The notes beneath the pieces were generated by a model. That model was not told where the DNA came from. It was given only the letters and a program-made list of their open reading frames with translations, and did no database searches. Both the position numbers and the translations under genes were made by a program. From positions 1-31,167 of the IMG/VR virus record IMGVR_UViG_3300037755_000320: a stretch of 31,167 bases of DNA; one strand, written 5' to 3'. Shown piece by piece: positions 25,218-31,167 of this stretch. The stretch's first letter is position 1, and the number at the start of each line of letters is the position of its first letter. The DNA comes from a virus (taxonomy: Duplodnaviria > Caudoviricetes).

Positions 25218-25960
25218 TTCGTCACCGTTGGCGCCATCTCTGGCAAATACATCAGAACCACGTCGGACAATCCCTCAAGCGGCGTGAATGTCGACAGCAT
25301 CAGCCCGTTCGTCGTCATCAGCCGCGCCATGCATTCCGAATAGACAGGCGCTGGCGGCTCCTCATCGAGCCAGATGCCATGCTTGGCTGTGCCTTGAAAC
25401 TTGCGCCGCCCCTGATCGTAGGACTTGAAACCGAGATAGCTGACGCCTCCCGATTTATGACGTACGCGGACCGTATCGACCGCGCCGGACAGCCCGCTCC
25501 GGTGCGTTGGCTCGCCGATGATGCACTCGCCAGGGATCAGCCCCGTGCCGTATTCACCAGGCGGCCCAACCAGGGCAAGCTGCGGGATGTCGCGCGTCGT
25601 CTCGGTCGTGTCGCCAGCTACCCACCAATCGACCGGCTGGTCGAAGCGGTAGCCTGGCCACCACTCAGGATACTCGCCGGTCAGATGCAGCGCCGTCTCA
25701 TAGCCGCCGATGCCGAACGTCTTGCCCACGCGGTTCGCGGCAATGACGGCGCGCTCCTGGTGCTCCCGGCCAGCGGCAAAAAACTGCAGGTGTTTCGGGT
25801 AGAGTTCGCGCCGCAGCGCGCCTTCATCAGGGTACAGCGTATAAAGCTTACGCCGCTTCTCGCGCCTAATGCACGCTTCCAGCGTCTCCAGCGCCGATAT
25901 CAAGGCCGAGCGCTCGGGCCTCTCGAATTCGTCTGTCGAGCTCAACTCTAAGCTGTTCAT
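25214..25960 (-). CDS. terL: terminase large subunit, N-terminal ATPase half
   Basis: YPKH adenine motif, Walker A AANRVGKT, Walker B IWLDEEP and coupling motif TFTP. P22 gp2-like. Confidence 0.92.
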   Translation of the reverse strand: MNSLELSSTDEFERPERSALISALETLEACIRREKRRKLYTLYPDEGALRRELYPKHLQFFAAGREHQERAVIAANRVGKTFGIGGYETALHLTGEYPEWWPGYRFDQPVDWWVAGDTTETTRDIPQLALVGPPGEYGTGLIPGECIIGEPTHRSGLSGAVDTVRVRHKSGGVSYLGFKSYDQGRRKFQGTAKHGIWLDEEPPAPVYSECMARLMTTNGLMLSTFTPLEGLSDVVLMYLPEMAPTVTK

Positions 25961-26249
25961 AGGTCATGTCGTCAAACCGGTTGACGTTGACGTCGATTTC
26001 CTTCGGCATGATCGCGACCATCGCGCGCAGGACGCTCGCTGGATCTTTCTCGACGAGCTCTTCAAGGACTTCCTCACCGCGCTCAGCCCACAGCTTCTGC
26101 ATGCTCTGGATGAACTCACGGGCGAGCAGCTGACGATCAGAGCCGCGGGGACGGCCTTTTGGATTACCTGATGTTCCTGCTAAGAACAGGCCGGTCTTGG
26201 GATCTCGATCAGCTTCAGGCTTCTCAGCCTTCGAAGATTTTTCTGGCAT
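25866..26249 (-). CDS. terS: terminase small subunit
   Basis: RDPKTGLF..G.SGNPKGRPRG motif, upstream of and overlapping terL. Confidence 0.75.
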   Translation of the reverse strand: MPEKSSKAEKPEADRDPKTGLFLAGTSGNPKGRPRGSDRQLLAREFIQSMQKLWAERGEEVLEELVEKDPASVLRAMVAIMPKEIDVNVNRFDDMTYEQLRVELDRRIREARALGLDIGAGDAGSVH

Positions 26250-26544
26250 CGTCGTCGGCTATTTCCCGTCTGAGCGCGCCGGCAACATATTCGGGCAGGA
26301 TGTTCAAGTTGACCGCACAGCTGCCCGACGACATGAACGCATGAAAGCGCGCATCCTTGTCCCATGCGACGATCGCGAAGCCATTAAGCTCTTTGAGGTA
26401 GTACTGGTTGATCTCTCCAAAGACCTGGGCAAGTTCGCGAAAAGCTTGATCACTTTGGCGCTTGATCGCGTCGGGCAGGAGATGGATTTCAGCGCCGTTC
26501 GATTTTAAGCGGATGCGCCCGATATACGCCTGCCGCGCGGCCAT
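26224..26544 (-). CDS. hypothetical protein, 106 aa
   Basis: Coherent ORF in the packaging operon. Confidence 0.62.
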   Translation of the reverse strand: MAARQAYIGRIRLKSNGAEIHLLPDAIKRQSDQAFRELAQVFGEINQYYLKELNGFAIVAWDKDARFHAFMSSGSCAVNLNILPEYVAGALRREIADDDARKIFEG

Positions 26545-26548
26545 CGGC

Positions 26549-26626
26549 TCAGTAGCCCTTGCGGGATTTCGGTTTCTTCTCGCCGTCCTTGCCTTTCGGC
26601 TTGTCCTTGTCCTTCTTGCCCTTCAT
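26549..26626 (-). CDS. 25-aa lysine-rich peptide (not in ORF track)
   Basis: MKGKKDKDKPKGKDGEKKPKSRKGY with GAGG RBS. First ORF after an AT-rich intergenic region. Confidence 0.6.
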   Translation of the reverse strand: MKGKKDKDKPKGKDGEKKPKSRKGY

Positions 26627-26639
26627 CGCCTCGTCTCCC

Positions 26640-26701
26640 GTGCATCTGAGCGCACAATCGCCAGCCTGGTAATATTTAAGGGGGTGTTTTAAATCTGATT
26701 A
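26640..26701 (-). promoter_or_regulatory. candidate late-operon promoter region
   Basis: AT-rich island with an ATTTAA/TTAAAT inverted repeat upstream of the packaging operon. No clean consensus. Confidence 0.3.
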
Positions 26702-27265
26702 TCAAGCAGTTTTTTCGCAAAGCCTGGCAGAAGCTGTGCACACGGCGCGGATGAAACGGCGTTTGGCGTGGCTGTAGGCGAGCGCTGTCCCAAACAGCTC
26801 GCGGCCTGCCTCGCCGAAATCCCAGACCGGTGCGCCCGTCATCTCGGCCAGCTTGGCGAGCACACGCAGGGACGCGCGATCGAGCAAGCGCTTGTCCCGC
26901 ATATGAGCCTGGACGAGGACGATCATGCTGTCGGGGATGGGCGAAGCGTTGTTTTTGCCGCCGCCGGTCTGATCGCCGTAATTCCCGATCTTGACGCGGC
27001 CGGCGAGCATCTCCTCGCATAGCAGCCAGCGCTCCAGCGCATCGGCTTCGTCATCGTCCAGAGCACGGTCCAAGGCGGTCAGCCGTCTGCGAACATAGCG
27101 TTGGCGCTCCATCTCGTGCAGCTCGTTCGCCTGGGTCATCAGCTGCTGGCGGACGGCGCGCGGCGTCAGCGGCGTCGTGACTCTTGCCCGCCAGACCGGG
27201 GCGTATCTGGTTGCGATGTTGTCGAGGTGGACAGCCCGCGACTTGTTCCTCTTTGTCCCGTTCAT
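26702..27265 (-). CDS. hypothetical protein, possible late-gene regulator
   Basis: 187-aa basic ORF with AAGGGG RBS, in the position of Q-like activators between the replication and packaging genes. Confidence 0.55.
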   Translation of the reverse strand: MNGTKRNKSRAVHLDNIATRYAPVWRARVTTPLTPRAVRQQLMTQANELHEMERQRYVRRRLTALDRALDDDEADALERWLLCEEMLAGRVKIGNYGDQTGGGKNNASPIPDSMIVLVQAHMRDKRLLDRASLRVLAKLAEMTGAPVWDFGEAGRELFGTALAYSHAKRRFIRAVCTASARLCEKTA

Positions 27266-27304
27266 GTGCCCCTTTCTCGATTCCCAAAAATTCCCATAAT
27301 ATCA

Positions 27305-27556
27305 GGGTAGTGCAGCAGGTGCAGTAAATCGCGCACTAGTGCTATTTGCCTCTAAACCGCTGTCAGTAAGTCCATTTCCCTATATATTTTCCTTATTATG
27401 ATGATTTCTTCTATTGATCTCTTCTACTGCACTTACTGCACTATTTGACCTAATTTGTTGATATCACATATTTTTATCAGGGTGCGGTATGGGTGCAGTG
27501 GGTGCAGTGATGAGGGTGCACTAACTTCGCCGGTGCAGTGCGGCTCAGTGCGGCTC
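27305..27556. repeat. iteron-like GTGCAG/CTGCAC repeats around AT-rich tracts, candidate replication origin
   Basis: GTGCAG at 27310 and 27319; TACTGCACT twice at 27425-27442; GGGTGCAGT twice at 27491-27508; GGGTGCACT at 27514; GGTGCAGTG at 27532. AT-rich segments lie between them, directly downstream of the primase-helicase. Confidence 0.7.
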
Positions 27557-29704
27557 TGCACCCATCGCCGGACGCCAATAATTGCGTCCATTCGATCGCT
27601 CTGCCTTACCCCATCCGGCGGCTCTCATGCATCGGATCAAGCGCTTTTGAATCATCGGGTCGAGCTTCGCCACATCAAGATCAAGCGCACCTTTTGCAAC
27701 CTCGCCGATCGTGGTTCGATAGCCATCGATCGTCAGTGATAAGCTCTTCTGCTCCAACTGCTTGTGGAGCCAGTCGGCGACAACGCCCTCCCATTCGTCT
27801 TCCTGACGCCGTGCAACCTGCTCTCGATTTGCTTCGATCCATAACCTGCTGGGCAGCACCAGACTCTCGCCACGTTTGGCGTAATACACAGCTTCCGCCC
27901 ATAACAAATCGCGATCACGTTTGAGGCCGTCGAGATCGAAGCGCTCGGTCCTCACCGGCCAGAAGCGGCGGTTACCCGTATCGTCTTTCAAATAGCTCGC
28001 TTCGTTGGTCGTGCCGATCATCAGAAATTGACGCGGGCGCTCCGTCAGCATCCGTCCGAAGCTGAGTCTTGCGCAGTCGGCTCGCCGCGATAGAAATTCT
28101 TTGACGTGTTCGATTTCGCGTTTGCCTATGCCGCTCAGCTCGCCAATTTCGATGATCCATTTGCCTGCTGTTTGTTCCAGGACGATCTTCTCGCTTGCAC
28201 TCAAGGACATGCTATCCGAGAACCAGGCTTCATCCGGGGACAGCGTTGCGACAGCGGACGACTTCCCGGTTCCCTGATCCCCTTCGAGAATGAGAATCTG
28301 ATCGAACTTGCAGCCCGGGCTGTAAATGCGCATCACGGCTGCGATGAGAATCAGCCGCCCGACGGCGCGCGTATATTCGTTGTTATCAGCTCCGCCATAT
28401 GTCGACAGCCATTCGTCGATGCGATCAATGCCGTCCCATTCGAGGCCTTCCAGATAATCCTTGATCGGATGAAACCGATTGCGCCGCGCGGATGCCAGAA
28501 CGATGCGGTCGAAGTCCTGCTTCGTCGGCTTGAAATAGTATTCGCGCTGGATCAGCAGGTAGAGCTCGTCGAGAGCGTCATCGGTAAGTGACGGCCCATA
28601 GCCTTCGAGCCCCTCGATAAGGTAGCGCTGAGCAAAGACATCATAGGTCAGCTTGATGTTCGACCAGTGCAGCGCGCGCAGAACGTTGCCTTCGTTCTTG
28701 ATGATCTCGCCCGACGCGCTACGATCGAATTCGACGATTTCGCTCGACCGCTCCGGAGCTTGCCATCGCTTGGCTTTCGAGATCGCCTGGCGAACGTGTG
28801 CCTCGGCGCATTCATCCCAGTCCTGGCCAGGCGTTGGCGGATAGCACACGAACAGCTCGATACCGTCTTTTGCCCAGGCTTCCGCGGCTCTTGCGATGGC
28901 ATGTTCGCCGGCGCCGTTCGGGTCGGCGCACAGCGTGACCTTCTGGGTGCCGCGCGGCCAGACGATCGAGGGCAGCAGCGTCGACGATAGTCCGACGGCT
29001 GTCGGGATGTTCGTCGCGTGCTGACAGGCCAGCCCCTTCTCGATGCCTTCGGCGCAGAGCATATGATTGCCGAACTCGCCCAGCCAGACGGCGCTGCCCT
29101 TGGCGCTGCCGAACATTTTCTTTTGCGGCTTCGCGCTCGTCTTCTCCGCGGTCTTGTCGTCGAGGAAGGTGACGTGCACGGCGTTGACGCGGGTCAGACT
29201 TTGATCGAGCCCCATGATCGGCGCGATCAGAGCCGGGAGCTCGCGCTTGGCTTCCTTGTGCCAGACGTTCGGGTGAAAGCAGAAGTTGCCGGGAATCGGT
29301 CCAGTGATGTTGCGGACCTCGCGCAGATAGCGCTCGGCGATCGTTCCGGCCGCGGGCTTTGCCTCGCGATAGATTTGTGCGGCCCAGTCGGCGGTCGTGC
29401 GTTTCTTTTTTGGCGGCGGCGTCTGGCTTTTGAGATCGCTGACGTCTCGGGCTTTTTTCATCCCGCCCGTGAGCCCCGATTGGACGGTTGCCTCGGCTTC
29501 GTGTCTGCTGATCTCCGCCGTCTTTGCCGCCGCCAGCAATGCGGCTTCAGCTTCGTGATAGCTGAACAGACCAGAGCCCACGAGCTGGCCGATGCCGAAA
29601 CATTCGGCGTTGAGTGTGTTGTTGCGGGTCTTGCCTGGCGCTCCAATGATGCGGTCGCAGGCGCTCTTGAGGGCAGCGGCGGCGTATCGCTCGGCATCCT
29701 GCAT
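27545..29704 (-). CDS. primase-helicase: TOPRIM primase region fused to VapE-family P-loop ATPase
   Basis: YLREVR.I, CAEGIE and LCAD TOPRIM motifs; PGCKFD...LEG.QG.GKS Walker A; WIIEIGEL; GTTN...L.D.TGNRRFWP (VapE). Start uncertain (29704 or 29719). Confidence 0.9.
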   Translation of the reverse strand: MQDAERYAAAALKSACDRIIGAPGKTRNNTLNAECFGIGQLVGSGLFSYHEAEAALLAAAKTAEISRHEAEATVQSGLTGGMKKARDVSDLKSQTPPPKKKRTTADWAAQIYREAKPAAGTIAERYLREVRNITGPIPGNFCFHPNVWHKEAKRELPALIAPIMGLDQSLTRVNAVHVTFLDDKTAEKTSAKPQKKMFGSAKGSAVWLGEFGNHMLCAEGIEKGLACQHATNIPTAVGLSSTLLPSIVWPRGTQKVTLCADPNGAGEHAIARAAEAWAKDGIELFVCYPPTPGQDWDECAEAHVRQAISKAKRWQAPERSSEIVEFDRSASGEIIKNEGNVLRALHWSNIKLTYDVFAQRYLIEGLEGYGPSLTDDALDELYLLIQREYYFKPTKQDFDRIVLASARRNRFHPIKDYLEGLEWDGIDRIDEWLSTYGGADNNEYTRAVGRLILIAAVMRIYSPGCKFDQILILEGDQGTGKSSAVATLSPDEAWFSDSMSLSASEKIVLEQTAGKWIIEIGELSGIGKREIEHVKEFLSRRADCARLSFGRMLTERPRQFLMIGTTNEASYLKDDTGNRRFWPVRTERFDLDGLKRDRDLLWAEAVYYAKRGESLVLPSRLWIEANREQVARRQEDEWEGVVADWLHKQLEQKSLSLTIDGYRTTIGEVAKGALDLDVAKLDPMIQKRLIRCMRAAGWGKAERSNGRNYWRPAMGAEPH

Positions 29705-29721
29705 CCCGTCGCCCCACATCC

Positions 29722-30123
29722 TTAAAACGGCAATTCATCATCGAACGGCAGCGGCGCGTTGATGTCTGGTTTCTCTTCTTTGGATTTCTGCGCACGCGGC
29801 TTTTTCGGTTTCTGCTCGCCGATCTTCCCGAGCGACTGCACCAGGTTGGCGGCGACGTTAAGAACGGTGCGCGTGCTGCCGTCATTGTTCTGCCAGGTCC
29901 GCAGCGACAACTTGCCCTCGATGTAGACACGGTCGCCGGGTTTGAGCGTGCAGGCGCTGTCGACATTTGGGCCGAAGCAGGCAACGTCGACCCATTGCGT
30001 GTCATCGTCCTTGCCAACGGCGACGGAGAAATTGCACCATTCGCGTCCGGTGCGCTCCGAGGTCCGCCGTGTCGGCTCGCGGCCGCAGCTGCCGGCGAAG
30101 GCGCACTCGATGCCCTTGATCAT
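29722..30123 (-). CDS. ssb: single-stranded DNA-binding protein
   Basis: From MIKGIE: FSVAV, W..VACFG, LKPGDRVYIEGKL..RTW and acidic tail FDDELPF. Confidence 0.9.
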   Translation of the reverse strand: MIKGIECAFAGSCGREPTRRTSERTGREWCNFSVAVGKDDDTQWVDVACFGPNVDSACTLKPGDRVYIEGKLSLRTWQNNDGSTRTVLNVAANLVQSLGKIGEQKPKKPRAQKSKEEKPDINAPLPFDDELPF

Positions 30124-30527
30124 GCCGCCTCCGAACGATAGCCGCCGCCCAGCGAGACCGTTTGCCGGTAGCGTTTTGCGCCCTGCCTTCGCGACCAGTG
30201 GAACAGCCCGTGATAAGTCATGAAGGAGGCAACGGCGGTGCGCGATGCGCCGATCTGCTCGGCAATTGCGCCGCTGCCCCGACCTGCAGCGGACAGCTCG
30301 CGCAGCTCGTCGCACAGCCTGTGGAGGCGGCTCTGGTTGATGCGGATTCTTGGCGGGAGGTCGTGGGGGAAAGAAGCTGTGCGCCGAAGATGACCGTGGA
30401 GGTTGGCGACCTGCCGGATGCTCAGCCCGAGCGCGTCGGCGATGACGTCGCGGGGCATGTCCTGGGCGCACAGCCTAGCAAAGCATGTAACAAGTTCGTC
30501 CGTCCAACGCGCGCGGGTCATGGGCAA
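30120..30527 (-). CDS. HTH protein with GcrA-like N-terminal domain
   Basis: WTDELV...IADALGLS and a second unit IAEQIGASRTAV. Confidence 0.65.
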   Translation of the reverse strand: MPMTRARWTDELVTCFARLCAQDMPRDVIADALGLSIRQVANLHGHLRRTASFPHDLPPRIRINQSRLHRLCDELRELSAAGRGSGAIAEQIGASRTAVASFMTYHGLFHWSRRQGAKRYRQTVSLGGGYRSEAA

Positions 30528-31108
30528 GCCTCGTGGAGATGATGTTTGACCGCGCTGGCGATTGCGTTGCGGGTCGTGCCGAGGCGAGGCGCAATCTGCG
30601 CATAGCTGTATCTTGCGGCGCGCAGATCGGCGAGCTTGTGGATTCGGGCAGAGGTCCAGACCTTCTTCGCAGTCTTGTTGTGCGGAAATTTCGGAAGATC
30701 GTGGCGCATGCGCGCCATCGCTATCGCCCCAACGGAAACATCAAATACGGCGGCGGCTTCACGCGGCGAGGCGCCGGCGATGATCATGCGCCGCAAATGA
30801 TCGATGCGCTCAGCTGTCCATTCTCGGGATTTCCGGGGAATGCCGCGTTTGGGAGGGTCTGTCGGAAAAGGCGGGATGTGAAAGCGTTTGCGGTATTTTT
30901 CAAGCGTCTGTGTGCAGATATTCAGCTTGTCGGCGGTCTGCTTGCGCGTCAGGAGGCAGCTGCGCGCCTCGCGGATTGCTTCAGCTATCTCGCGATCGAC
31001 CCAGAAGCGATCCCATTTGCGCCGCGCCGGGCGGAACAGCTTTGCGCAGCGTGTGCAGAAAGAATGGTAGCGGGGCGGGTTTTTGCATTCGGGGCAAAGC
31101 GCGGGCAT
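30518..31108 (-). CDS. Zn-finger plus tandem GcrA-like HTH domains
   Basis: CPEC...CTRC, an HTH, then WTAERIDHLRRM...G.S and WTSARI..L......SYAQIA..LG.TRNAI. Confidence 0.7.
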   Translation of the reverse strand: MPALCPECKNPPRYHSFCTRCAKLFRPARRKWDRFWVDREIAEAIREARSCLLTRKQTADKLNICTQTLEKYRKRFHIPPFPTDPPKRGIPRKSREWTAERIDHLRRMIIAGASPREAAAVFDVSVGAIAMARMRHDLPKFPHNKTAKKVWTSARIHKLADLRAARYSYAQIAPRLGTTRNAIASAVKHHLHEACP

Positions 31109-31167
31109 CAGGCTGCCTCCGCGCCGTTTCCTTCTGTCCTTGATCTTTCAGGAACGGGCCGATGCTC
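31108..31167 (-). CDS. 3' end of an upstream phage gene (truncated by window)
   Basis: Frame ...GNGAEAA-stop with TGATG overlap to the next gene. Confidence 0.45.
   Translation of the reverse strand, partial: EHRPVPERSRTEGNGAEAA

Overview
This GC-rich window has two parts. Positions 10-1014 are the distal end of a CRISPR array: 16 identical 28-nt repeats plus one degenerate terminal repeat, 33-nt spacers and a 61-nt period (type I-E-like geometry). The repeat lacks most of the canonical I-E hairpin, and no cas genes are in the window. The array directly abuts about 30 kb of a podovirus-like (P22-type architecture) phage or prophage, almost all on the minus strand. The host is probably alphaproteobacterial (GcrA-like HTH proteins, GHNGGP motif, GH108 endolysin). 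From right to left the phage genes are: GcrA-like regulators, SSB, TOPRIM/VapE primase-helicase with a downstream iteron-rich candidate origin, small terminase, a large terminase split into ATPase and nuclease genes, a Tad2/DUF2829-like protein, portal, GroES-like protein, scaffold, capsid and accessory proteins, P22 gp4/gp10-like tail proteins, GNAT, ejection proteins with antisense membrane morons, an immI-like RHH switch, a Gly-rich tail fibre with an apparent signal peptide, and a lysis cassette. No integrase or att site is visible. All protein calls come from motif recognition and synteny by eye; no searches were run.
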